Of a stretch of DNA of 64,000 bases, positions 9,182 through 18,438 are shown in pieces. The number at the start of each line of letters is the position of its first letter. Position 1 is the stretch's first letter. Both the position numbers and the translations under genes were made by a program. The notes under the pieces are model-generated. The model worked only from the letters and a program-made list of their open reading frames with translations. It had not been told where the DNA came from and searched no databases. Source of the DNA: Candidatus Sumerlaeales bacterium (GTDB taxonomy: Bacteria; Sumerlaeota; Sumerlaeia; Sumerlaeales; Sumerlaeaceae); assembly GCA_036675025.1 (NCBI GenBank), contig JAKFFN010000101.1, positions 3,975 through 67,974 of the forward strand. Direction: 5' to 3'.

Positions 9182-9643
9182 CTATAGCAGGCGTATCATC
9201 GTTTTGTGAGGAATCCCGGCATCTTCGTAAACATCGCCTTGAGCCGCGAACCCATGTTTCTCATAAAACCCGAGCGCGTGCAGCTGGGCAGACAAAATGA
9301 CATGAGCGTAGCCCTGCAATTTCGCTTCTGCAATAAGAGCACTTAGCAATGCGCCGCCGCAGCCAGTCCCCCGCGCCCCGGCCAGCACTGCCATTCTTCC
9401 AACCCGGGCAACTCCCGAATTCCCAGGGTCTGTGAACAAACGCGCCGTACCGCACGCCTTTCCCTGCTCATTATACGCTATAACATGAAAAGCCACCGGG
9501 TCAATCGAATCCAGTTCCTCTTCCGCAGGCACCTTCTGTTCATCAACGAACACCTTGAAGCGGATCTGCCTGGCATGCTCAGCTTCCGGAGAATCCCACT
9601 CCACCGGTCGCACCGTGTATGTCACGCAGTCGCGCTTTGGCAT
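9182..9643 (-). CDS. GNAT family N-acetyltransferase
   Basis: Acetyl-CoA binding motif RVGRMAVLAGARGTGCGGALL (Q/RxxGxG/A). Confidence 0.8.
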   Translation of the reverse strand: MPKRDCVTYTVRPVEWDSPEAEHARQIRFKVFVDEQKVPAEEELDSIDPVAFHVIAYNEQGKACGTARLFTDPGNSGVARVGRMAVLAGARGTGCGGALLSALIAEAKLQGYAHVILSAQLHALGFYEKHGFAAQGDVYEDAGIPHKTMIRLL

Positions 9644-9648
9644 TCCAC

Positions 9649-11166
9649 CTACTCTACCGTTACTCCATCACCTAATGCCGCAAGCCGCGGCCGGATAAAG
9701 ACTGTATCGAGGATCAATGGCCGCTCCCCTACTTCTGTTACTCTTAACAGAAGGCTCGCTGGTTCAGGCACCGTGAAATTGACCTGTGTATATGAGATGC
9801 CAACACGCGAATTAATCCAGCGATCAATCGGCATGGCCGCAGAAACGGTCCCGTCCTCACCCACTGCGACAAGTTCAAGCTTGGCCTCACCCGTTAATGC
9901 GGGCGCAGTGGTAGTCCCGTCTCCCGCGTAGATTTCTATGGCATAGCTGCCGGCGGCAAGTCTGGAAGATAATTCGATGTCCGTGGAACGGGTGATGAGC
10001 ACCTGCTTCTCTGCCGCATACTGGGCATCAACGGTTGCAGGGGTAAGGCGCAGTACCTCCACGCCTGATGTCTGCTGCACTTTTTCGGCCAGCGAAATTT
10101 CTACAGGCCCTGGCAGCGACTCCGCCTGCGTCTCCGGATACCACTCGCGAATAACCTGCTCGTAAACGTAGTCCGTCACCATCTGGCCGCCCCACCGGTT
10201 CAGATGATCCTGGTCTTCAAAGTACGTGTTATCCAGCTTCAAATCCCTTGCCATTGGCAGCACACGGATGCCTTTGCTGGCCACGAAGTTCAGCGCGTTC
10301 ACGAATCGATCATAACCGTCGGCCTGGTCGAAGTTCGTATGTGCATAGGGTGACGTCGGCACCTCAACCACCACCATCTTCACACCCTGCTCCTGGCAGT
10401 ACTTGCCCAGTTTAATGAGCTCGCCGATTTCGCCTTCATCAGGAATCCAGTAGTTATGATAGGCGTTGTACGGCAAACCCGCCGGATCAAGCGCCCAGCT
10501 CTTTGGCATAGGTCCAAACGCCTGGCGCCGTACAGTTGGCACAATCACACCGCTGCCGATGGTGGGATCCTCCGGCAGCATGGCGATGTCTCCATGCTGC
10601 AGAGAGAATCGTGCTCGATGACGCGCCCGAAAAAGCGAGCTGGCATTTTCCAGCTCAACCAACACTCGATCAATCAACCCTTCGGCGCCAATATCGCGCA
10701 CTTTCCGGTACGTCCAGAATGGCCCCTCCCGCGGGCGTTCGGGGTGCATGCCCCTGGCATTGCTGTTCGTATCCGGCGGTGAAATTCCATAGACCACATG
10801 CGAGGGCTTAAACTCTGGATGGATATAATTTCTAAACAGAAAGTTCTGCCGCTCCGGGCGCTGATCAGGAAAGCCGAAATTGTAGGCCACCATGCTGCCG
10901 CTCGTAGCTTCTTCCCACTGGTGTACGTCAAACACACGGCCCACAGAGGTGCTCAGTACGACCAGGTCCAGACGGCCTTTCTCTTCAAACAGGTCCCGTG
11001 CCTTCTCCATTTTCTTTTCAAGCCCGGGGCTTTCCCAGCCGCTGTAATCATTAAACCACTTCCCCGCGCGGAAGGTGATTTCCAGCACCAGCAGGAAAGC
11101 CGCGGTAAGCACCAACACTGGTACGAAGCGGCGAACCTGGATATGTAAGGTTTTAAAGCTGAACAA
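9649..11166 (-). CDS. membrane-anchored SGNH-like O-acyltransferase partner (AlgJ/AlgX/DltD/PatB-like)
   Basis: N-terminal TM anchor. Block-V-like DQDHLNRWG. Sits immediately downstream of an MBOAT gene, as in algI-algJ, dltB-dltD and patA-patB pairs. The C-terminal ~150 aa may be a carbohydrate-binding beta domain. Confidence 0.6.
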   Translation of the reverse strand: MFSFKTLHIQVRRFVPVLVLTAAFLLVLEITFRAGKWFNDYSGWESPGLEKKMEKARDLFEEKGRLDLVVLSTSVGRVFDVHQWEEATSGSMVAYNFGFPDQRPERQNFLFRNYIHPEFKPSHVVYGISPPDTNSNARGMHPERPREGPFWTYRKVRDIGAEGLIDRVLVELENASSLFRARHRARFSLQHGDIAMLPEDPTIGSGVIVPTVRRQAFGPMPKSWALDPAGLPYNAYHNYWIPDEGEIGELIKLGKYCQEQGVKMVVVEVPTSPYAHTNFDQADGYDRFVNALNFVASKGIRVLPMARDLKLDNTYFEDQDHLNRWGGQMVTDYVYEQVIREWYPETQAESLPGPVEISLAEKVQQTSGVEVLRLTPATVDAQYAAEKQVLITRSTDIELSSRLAAGSYAIEIYAGDGTTTAPALTGEAKLELVAVGEDGTVSAAMPIDRWINSRVGISYTQVNFTVPEPASLLLRVTEVGERPLILDTVFIRPRLAALGDGVTVE

Positions 11167-11181
11167 GCGGGTCTGTTTTCC

Positions 11182-12591
11182 TCAGAACTGGAAGTAAAAA
11201 AATGGCTGGTAATCCTTCGTCCACGTTAACATCAACAGGCCTATGAAAGCGGCATACACGGCTGCCCTGAGAAGCACCGGCTTATCGATAAGCCAAGTGT
11301 GACGATCATGTACGTACTCCGGCACATCAATAAACAGCATGACTGCGACCGCATACACCGTCAGCCGCACGCGATCAGGCTCTGGTGTATAGCTAAACTG
11401 CATGAGTTTACGGTAAAACTCCTGCGTCTGATCCCACCCCGGAAGAATCGCAAGGATGTGGGTGAGAACCATCATCTGAAACGTGGCAAGCCCCAGCAGC
11501 AAGATCGTCACCGGGTAGAGTCCGATGCGCTTTGTCATCTCAAGGAAGCGGTGATAAAGCGGTGACGACAGCTTTCCGATGCAAAGAAACACGCCGTTGA
11601 TAAAGCCCCAGAAGATGAAATTCCACGTGGGCTTGTGCCACAGCCCGCAAAGGGTAAAAGTAATGAGTAAGTTTCTGTAAGTGTTAAAGGTTCCGCCGCG
11701 GCTGCCACCCAGGGGTATGTAAAGATAATCGCGCAGCCAGCTGGCCAGCGAGATATGCCACCGGCGCCAGAAGTCAGTAATTCCGACAGAGAAATAAGGC
11801 CACAGGAAATTCTCCTGCAGCCGGAATCCCATAAAAAGCGAGACCCCCCGCGCAATGTCAGTATATCCGGAGAAATCGCAGTAGATACGGATGGCGAACA
11901 GGTAGCAGCACAGCAGCAGCGTCCAGCTGGAGTAGGCGCCGGGATTGGTAATCGGTTCAAGAATGGCATTGGCAATCACGTCAGCCACGGCTACCTTCTT
12001 TACCAGGCCCACCAGGATAAAATAAGTACCTTCAGCCCAGTTGCGGGTATCCACACGCCGTGGTGCCAGTATCTGTGGCAGCATATAGCTCGCGCGCAGG
12101 ATCGGCCCCGCCACCAGGTGCGGCCAGAACGAAACAAACACCGCAAAATCCATCAGGCTGCGAACCGGCTTCAATTGACCGCGCCCGATGTCTATGGTAT
12201 AAGACAGCGTCTGGAACGTATAGAAAGAGATGCCCAGGGGCAGCACCACGTCGAGGGTCCACCAGTCGGCGTTCCACCCGATGTGCGCGAACAGCGCCTG
12301 GAAATTATCGCGGAAAAAGTTGAAGTATTTGAAGAAGCCCAGCAGGCCGAGCTGGCTGATTACGCTCGCATACAACCATTTGCGTCCGCCAGGCCCGGGG
12401 ATTTTTAAGCCGCAATACCAGTCAATTACCGTCGACAGTGCCAACAGCCCGCAAAACCGCCAGTCAAACCACCCATAAAAGAAATAGCTGCTCGCCACGA
12501 GCAGGACATTTTGCCACTTATGGTTAAGCACATAGTACAGTGCCAGCACGACAGCAAAGAAAACGAAAAACTCTGGCGTATCAAATACCAC
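11182..12591 (-). CDS. MBOAT family O-acyltransferase (AlgI/DltB/PatA-like)
   Basis: Polytopic membrane protein with the conserved MBOAT histidine region (WRRWHISLASWLRDYLYIPLGGSRGG). Confidence 0.9.
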   Translation of the reverse strand: MVFDTPEFFVFFAVVLALYYVLNHKWQNVLLVASSYFFYGWFDWRFCGLLALSTVIDWYCGLKIPGPGGRKWLYASVISQLGLLGFFKYFNFFRDNFQALFAHIGWNADWWTLDVVLPLGISFYTFQTLSYTIDIGRGQLKPVRSLMDFAVFVSFWPHLVAGPILRASYMLPQILAPRRVDTRNWAEGTYFILVGLVKKVAVADVIANAILEPITNPGAYSSWTLLLCCYLFAIRIYCDFSGYTDIARGVSLFMGFRLQENFLWPYFSVGITDFWRRWHISLASWLRDYLYIPLGGSRGGTFNTYRNLLITFTLCGLWHKPTWNFIFWGFINGVFLCIGKLSSPLYHRFLEMTKRIGLYPVTILLLGLATFQMMVLTHILAILPGWDQTQEFYRKLMQFSYTPEPDRVRLTVYAVAVMLFIDVPEYVHDRHTWLIDKPVLLRAAVYAAFIGLLMLTWTKDYQPFFYFQF

Positions 12592-12703
12592 GTTAAGCGG
12601 CTACCTCAAGTGTGTGCATAATGCGGGTGAGCGTGAGCACGGGGCCGACAAGCGCAATAAAAAACTGGTTCCATATTGTGGCGCTGCGAGAGATAAGCGA
12701 CAC

Positions 12704-15034
12704 TTACTTCTCACGCTTCACCGTAAGCTTCTCCAGGTCAATCTCCAGGTTTATGGTCGATCCCCTTCGAGAATCTTCCCACGTCAGGTTCAGCTTGTTA
12801 TCCACCTGGATATCCTTCCAGGCTGATGAGCCGACCTCGCCACGATTTTTCTGGGCGCCAAGATATGTCACTACCCTCTGAACCTCACTACCGTCGCCAG
12901 ACAGATGAACTTCTGCTTTCAGATGCCACTCGTCAAACAGCGGTTTCTTGCCGTTGCCCAGCGGCACCGGATACACGTCCGTCTGGGTAAACTTTACCAG
13001 TTCGCTCGAACCCAGCGCATGGATCTTACCATCCAGGGTCACATCGCCCTTTGTAAGTGTAAAGCTATCGTCGGTCTTCGGGAAATCAGGAACATCAAAT
13101 TCCGTCCGCCCATGAAACAGCAGCGTTGCCGTAGATGCTGTAGTTTTTATCTCATCAATCAGCACCGCCCCAGCATCCGGCAGAAAGATTGTCCAGCGCC
13201 GGTAAAGCTTAACAAATTCCGGGTAAGCATTCGTGGCATCTCCCACCACGTACGCCAGGTTTTCCTGTTCGCCATGCGCCACGTAACTGCCGGTGGTTTC
13301 TTTGGACCGCAACTGGCCGACCCCGTCGAAAAGAATCGAGTTATGTGACTGCGTGGTCCAGTAGTATTCCTTGCAGAACGGGCTGCCATAGAAATCACGC
13401 GTGCCGGTGTTCACCAGCAGTGGTTCACCGTACGCTGCCATTACTATGGCGTTCTGATCATTATGGCTATGGCTGACATTGCCGTAAGGCGAGCAGCGCA
13501 TTGCCACGTGGATACTGTTGGTTGTATGCGCAAGGTCAGAATGGAAGAGGGCATAGCCCACTTCTTTAAAAAGCTTTAATAGCGGGGCATCCGCTGGCGG
13601 CGCCGCGGCAGGCTTTTCCATTTGCGACCGCAGGAAAAGAAACGGTCCCAGGCCCACGGGCGCATTTACCTGCTCCACATACCACTGCCAGGCGCTGTTC
13701 TGTCGGTACAGCGCATACGCCGCCAGTGGACGGCCAATGGTATTAGGATGAGGCGGCTTCTCAGAGAAATCACCGAAGCCGGATACCGGGCTTCCCGGCG
13801 GGCAGACGTAAAGAGGGAAGTCGCCAACGTTCGCATAAAAGGGCTTCCGGGTCCCGTCTATGCCCAGGCTGTCGCGCATAAGGTCCAGCCACCAGGTCAC
13901 CCGGTCGTTGTAGGAAGACCAGTAGTGAATCCCCTCAGCCCAGCCGCCATTCTCCCCGCCCCAGAACGGGTACCATCCATAGAAGATCGTCATGGCATAG
14001 TTCATCCACTTTTCGGCCTCGGGAATCTCTCCATAAAAAGCCAGGCCTGCCTCACCTAGGAAATGAAACATGCGGCCGAAGTGACTGTTATAGGCAAACT
14101 GCTCATACGGCTTTTTGCGCATATAATCATAGGTTTCCTCGCCGCGGCCTCGCATGTGCGTCAATATCTGCTCTTTATCAGAATTGCTCAGAAGCGGATA
14201 AAGCCAGTCATAAGCGCGCGAGATGGAATGCAGCATGGGCATTCCCACCTCGTCATTGATCTTCATGCTGCTGGGGCCGAGGGGATCCCACCGCACATAC
14301 TCCATCAGGTGCGCCTTGGCTTTGTCCCCATACTGTTTCTCCCCGGTCAAAAGCCACGCGAACGCCAGCGCGTCCATGTGAGCAGTCGCCGCGCTGGCCT
14401 GGCGCAGATATTCGCCCCACTCTCCTGCGTTCCATTTGCCGCCGGTCCACGGCTTAGGCTCAACCATTATCGGTGCGGTCAGGCTGCGGTCGGCTGACTG
14501 GATAAACTCGGTAAATGCCTGGTTATCCGGCGTTGCTGCTTTGCGCAGCTCTGCCAGTTTCTCCGGCATCATAAACATCCGCGGGTGCGCCGCAGAGATT
14601 ATTGAGCTTAGCTGCTGGTGCGAAGGCCGCGGAAACTCTACCGCAGAACTACCTATGGTAAAATCTCGAACGCTGCTCCAGCCAGAGCCCTCAGCGGTAG
14701 CCGTAGCATACCTGTAGCGCCAGTAATAGGTCCCGGGGCGCAGTGTCTCGGTATGCGTGTACATCAGCCAGGGCCAATCTCGCACAGTAAACACGGGATC
14801 AGAAAAATCCAGGGAACGCGCAACCTGCAGCGTCCATGAAGTCGCTCGAGGTTCATTCAGCCACGCAATTGCCGGCGGATTTACTGCCGGCGCATCACCG
14901 GGCGGGGGAAGATAACCAACTTCTTCCTCAGAAGCAACGCGGTTGCTGACTTGAACTGCTGCGCAGCTGGCGCCATGGCAGATCAGGACGCAAAAAAGGA
15001 AGAGTAGTGCGATAAGGCTTGGGATAGTTCTCAT
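12704..15034 (-). CDS. secreted heparinase II/III-like polysaccharide lyase family protein
   Basis: Signal peptide. An alpha/alpha-toroid-like N-terminal region, then a C-terminal Hepar_II_III-like block (HSHNDQNAIVMAAYGEPLLVNTGTRDFYG). Confidence 0.7.
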   Translation of the reverse strand: MRTIPSLIALLFLFCVLICHGASCAAVQVSNRVASEEEVGYLPPPGDAPAVNPPAIAWLNEPRATSWTLQVARSLDFSDPVFTVRDWPWLMYTHTETLRPGTYYWRYRYATATAEGSGWSSVRDFTIGSSAVEFPRPSHQQLSSIISAAHPRMFMMPEKLAELRKAATPDNQAFTEFIQSADRSLTAPIMVEPKPWTGGKWNAGEWGEYLRQASAATAHMDALAFAWLLTGEKQYGDKAKAHLMEYVRWDPLGPSSMKINDEVGMPMLHSISRAYDWLYPLLSNSDKEQILTHMRGRGEETYDYMRKKPYEQFAYNSHFGRMFHFLGEAGLAFYGEIPEAEKWMNYAMTIFYGWYPFWGGENGGWAEGIHYWSSYNDRVTWWLDLMRDSLGIDGTRKPFYANVGDFPLYVCPPGSPVSGFGDFSEKPPHPNTIGRPLAAYALYRQNSAWQWYVEQVNAPVGLGPFLFLRSQMEKPAAAPPADAPLLKLFKEVGYALFHSDLAHTTNSIHVAMRCSPYGNVSHSHNDQNAIVMAAYGEPLLVNTGTRDFYGSPFCKEYYWTTQSHNSILFDGVGQLRSKETTGSYVAHGEQENLAYVVGDATNAYPEFVKLYRRWTIFLPDAGAVLIDEIKTTASTATLLFHGRTEFDVPDFPKTDDSFTLTKGDVTLDGKIHALGSSELVKFTQTDVYPVPLGNGKKPLFDEWHLKAEVHLSGDGSEVQRVVTYLGAQKNRGEVGSSAWKDIQVDNKLNLTWEDSRRGSTINLEIDLEKLTVKREK

Positions 15035-15105
15035 GCTGTCGCATGCAAAACACCATATCAGCTAATAGCAACCGATTTGAAGACCCGGTAACGGGCAGTA
15101 AAAAA

Positions 15106-15366
15106 TCAGGCCTCTGCGAGGGAGTCCGCAAGCACCGTGGCAGTATTATTAACCACCTCAATAAACCCGCCCGTAAGGCTGATTACACGGGTGCCATCAG
15201 AGCCTGTAACAGTGAGGTTGCCTTTACCGAGAGCAGAAATCAGCGGTGCGTGGTCAGCAAGTACGCCAAAGTATCCGTCGAGGCCGGGAGCCTGTATTGA
15301 AGTGACAAGCTCATCTACGACCTTCTTTTCCTGAGTAAAAACCTGCAGACGAAACTGTTTGGCCAT
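15106..15366 (-). CDS. atpC: F-type ATP synthase epsilon subunit, N-terminal beta-sandwich domain only (86 aa), orphan
   Basis: GVLADHAPLISAL..GGFIEVVNNTATVLAD aligns with AtpC. It lacks the C-terminal helical hairpin. No atpD lies upstream. Confidence 0.75.
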   Translation of the reverse strand: MAKQFRLQVFTQEKKVVDELVTSIQAPGLDGYFGVLADHAPLISALGKGNLTVTGSDGTRVISLTGGFIEVVNNTATVLADSLAEA

Positions 15367-15511
15367 CCTGGTAACTGATCCCTGTAAAGTTCTACGGCCG
15401 CTCCCCTAGTTGGGATCAACCTTATGCCTTACACAATTTTACCGGATTTGTATTGCCGGATTAGATAAAACTGTTTTCTCGTGCAGCCCAAAGCGTCTTT
15501 AGGATGATTTT

Positions 15512-16201
15512 ATGACTGATTTGGACAACCAGGAAAACCTTTGGGATTATTACCAGAACGAGACCCCTGACTATTTTACCGGCGCCCTGCCGCGGTATAA
15601 GTTTCTTTTAAAGGCCATACCCGCCGGCGCTGCCGCCCTGAACATTGGCGTAGGATCCGGCCGGTTTGAAGACCTGGCGCAAGAGAAGGGGGTAGATATT
15701 TACGCTCTCGACCCTGTCCCCAAGTCCATTGAAACGCTGCAGTCGCGCCTTGGCCTGGGTGAAAAGGCACGCTCCGGCTACAGTCAGGATATTCCTTTCC
15801 CCGATTCCACTTTCGATTTCGTTGTTGCTTCAGAGGTCCTTGAGCATCTGTCCCCCGAAATCACCGCGGCTACACTTAAAGAAATTCGCCGGGTACTGAA
15901 ACCCGGCGGAGCTTTTATCGGGACCGTTCCCGCCCGCGAGAACCTGCAGGAGCAGATTGTCGTCTGCCCCGGATGCTCCCTCCGGTTCCACCGGTGGGGT
16001 CACCAGCAATCCTTTTCAATAGAAAGCATGCGTCATCTTCTGTCGAAAGAACTGAAGCCTGTCCAGGTCGAAGAAAAGCTTTTCATCGCGTACAGCCTTC
16101 TCAACTTTAAAGGCCGCATTGTTGGCGCAGTGAAATACCTGCTGTTCAAACTGGGTGTCATGGGCTCAAATCAAAACGTCTATTTCCGCGCAGTGAAGTA
16201 A
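15512..16201 (+). CDS. class I SAM-dependent methyltransferase (type 11)
   Basis: LNIGVGSGRF (motif I), DFVVASEVLEHL, LKPGG. Contains a CPGC zinc-ribbon-like insert. Confidence 0.8.
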   Translation: MTDLDNQENLWDYYQNETPDYFTGALPRYKFLLKAIPAGAAALNIGVGSGRFEDLAQEKGVDIYALDPVPKSIETLQSRLGLGEKARSGYSQDIPFPDSTFDFVVASEVLEHLSPEITAATLKEIRRVLKPGGAFIGTVPARENLQEQIVVCPGCSLRFHRWGHQQSFSIESMRHLLSKELKPVQVEEKLFIAYSLLNFKGRIVGAVKYLLFKLGVMGSNQNVYFRAVK

Positions 16202-16221
16202 AGGCTCTATCAGTCCGCCTT

Positions 16222-16773
16222 TCACCATGTTGCGCTGGCGTCTCTCAGCCTTTTTTGCATCAGGTGTTCGGTGTTTCCAGGCTGCAGGCAGTCTTCCATG
16301 CTCGCAATCCGGCGATACCTCTGCATGGCGTAAAACCCCTGAGCAGCTTTGTTGAAATCGCTCACCATCAGATACATTTTATGGATTCCACTGCGGAGCG
16401 TCTGGTTTTCTGCCGCCCGTAATAATTGGCTGCCAACTCCTTTGCCATGACCTTCCTCAAATACCGCCAGCGCGTGCACATAGCCACCGTCTGGAATTGC
16501 CTTCCATTCGCACGGCCAGGCCACCTTATGATGGGCTGCAAGTGGCATTCCGAAACCACGTTCAAAAGCCATTTCTCCAAACCCATACCGCCGGAATACG
16601 ATAACCCCCAGCACACGCCCGGCCTCATCCCACACAAGCACTTCGCGCTGTTTGTCGTCCTTTATAGCTTTCGCCACGGCTTCCCCGGCAATATCCAGCC
16701 GCTTCCATGGGTCCATTTCGCCCAGTTTGTCGCACAGCAGATCAAGCTCTTCAGCCAGGGCCGGGCGAATCAT
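16222..16773 (-). CDS. GNAT family N-acetyltransferase
   Basis: VHALAVFEEGHGKGVGSQLL acetyl-CoA motif. Overlaps the next gene by 4 nt (ATGA). Confidence 0.75.
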   Translation of the reverse strand: MIRPALAEELDLLCDKLGEMDPWKRLDIAGEAVAKAIKDDKQREVLVWDEAGRVLGVIVFRRYGFGEMAFERGFGMPLAAHHKVAWPCEWKAIPDGGYVHALAVFEEGHGKGVGSQLLRAAENQTLRSGIHKMYLMVSDFNKAAQGFYAMQRYRRIASMEDCLQPGNTEHLMQKRLRDASATW

Positions 16774-18044
16774 AATTCATCCACCGACGGCACTGCGAGT
16801 GTTTTGCCACCCTGCATGGCGCTTTGGTGGGCCATGATCCCGGGAATCGCCATGTTCAGCGCGAGGTCCACGCCCATGCTCGGCGGCCTGCCCTTAACCA
16901 ACGCGTCAATAAACTCATGAGTTAGGAACGTGTGAGAACCGTCATGGCCGCTGATGTGCCGCAGCGGTTCCGGAAGGATGTCAGTCTGCCACCACAGCTT
17001 CTGGTCATGTTTTTCATAGCGGGCCAGCCGCTCTCCGCTATCCTGCGCCGCCTTCACCACCTCATCAGACCTCCGGATGATTGGTCCCTCGCCGTTGGGA
17101 TGCGGCGCGTAAAAACTCATTTTCTCGCCCAACCAGATTGCCCGCTCAGTGTTTGCCAGTGCACCACGCCAGTAGACCGCCGCCCTTAGTGTGTTTCCCT
17201 TATCCGTTTTGAAAAAGGCAGTTTCTCCCCAATAAGGATTATTGAAAGCGTTGTCCTTCAAGATTGGCGAGTCATCGCCCCAGCCATGGCACGTTACCTC
17301 CGTAAGCCTCTCCCCTGTCACCGCCATCAGCTGGCCAGTGCAGTGCGTGGAATAGAGCATCGGCGGCAAACCGTATCGCCACGTGCGTTTGCCCGCGTCA
17401 TCCACAAAAAGCGTTTCGAGCCCGGGATGATGATACTCAGCCTCGCAACAGAAGATGTTTCCAAACTTACCCTCGCCATGCCATTTGCGCGCAGATATCA
17501 CCGACTGGTGATAATAGCTCGTCTCGGCCATGAAATACAACAACCCGCTCTTCCGCACTCCGTCCCTAAGTTGCCTCGCCCCCTCAAGAGTCATGGCTGC
17601 CGGTGATGCTGCTGCCACATGTTTGCCGTGCTCGAAGCACAACAGGCAATGGCGCACCAAGTCAGTCGCCCCTGTGAACACCGCTATGGCATCAAGTTCA
17701 GGATCCTTTACCATTTCCTCCAGCGATGCATATCCCCGCTCGCAGCCGTAGACTTCCTTCATATAGGCCAGCCGCTCAGGGATCAGGTCTGTTACCGCGC
17801 GCACGTCGCATTGCGGATGCTCATGCCAGTATAACTGCGCACCAAAATGCCCCCCAGCTACGCCCAACCGCACCGGCGCCTTCACAGGATCAGTTCGTCT
17901 ACCAGCGGCACCAGCACCTGGTAGCGCAGCGGGGTTATCGGCGCGCACATCACTTACCACTGCGACGGCCCCCGCCGCCACAGCGCCTGCCTTAAGAAAA
18001 TCTCGCCGACTGATTCCGTCAATGTTGTCGATCAAGTTGGTCAT
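16770..18044 (-). CDS. Gfo/Idh/MocA family oxidoreductase with Tat signal
   Basis: Twin-arginine signal SRRDFLKAGAVAAGAVA. Rossmann N-terminus and a GFO_IDH_MocA C-terminal domain. Confidence 0.8.
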   Translation of the reverse strand: MTNLIDNIDGISRRDFLKAGAVAAGAVAVVSDVRADNPAALPGAGAAGRRTDPVKAPVRLGVAGGHFGAQLYWHEHPQCDVRAVTDLIPERLAYMKEVYGCERGYASLEEMVKDPELDAIAVFTGATDLVRHCLLCFEHGKHVAAASPAAMTLEGARQLRDGVRKSGLLYFMAETSYYHQSVISARKWHGEGKFGNIFCCEAEYHHPGLETLFVDDAGKRTWRYGLPPMLYSTHCTGQLMAVTGERLTEVTCHGWGDDSPILKDNAFNNPYWGETAFFKTDKGNTLRAAVYWRGALANTERAIWLGEKMSFYAPHPNGEGPIIRRSDEVVKAAQDSGERLARYEKHDQKLWWQTDILPEPLRHISGHDGSHTFLTHEFIDALVKGRPPSMGVDLALNMAIPGIMAHQSAMQGGKTLAVPSVDEL

Positions 18045-18382
18045 CAGTTGTAAAATGTTGGCGGAATCGTTTACTCATATACAAGAGATTTGTTGGGGGC
18101 CACAAACATTCCATTTGTGTGTTTCTGCGGTCGCTTAAAAGAAGGACCTGGGCTTGTCGCAAAAACATAAAAGTGAAAATCACCGGCCTACCACAACCCG
18201 GCGGCAAATTCCTAATTCTGCAAGTCGACGGCGAAGAGCCGCTCCCCGTCCCCCTCGGCGAGTAAGGCAGAAACGAATCCGGCGGTGCGATCGAACTCCA
18301 ATCGCACCGCGATACTCTCTCGCTAGGCTGAATCGACAGACCAATCACAAGGGGGCCACGCCCCATCGTTCTGCGCTTTTTC

Positions 18383-18438
18383 TTTCTGGTTTTTACTTTC
18401 TACTTTCTACTTTCTACGTTCTGCTTTCTACATTCTAC
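18383..18438. repeat. tandem heptanucleotide repeat (TTTCTAC)n, ~8 copies
   Basis: tttctgg tttttac tttctac tttctac tttctac gttctgc tttctac attctac. Abuts and overlaps the stop of the PhoD-like gene. Confidence 0.8.
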
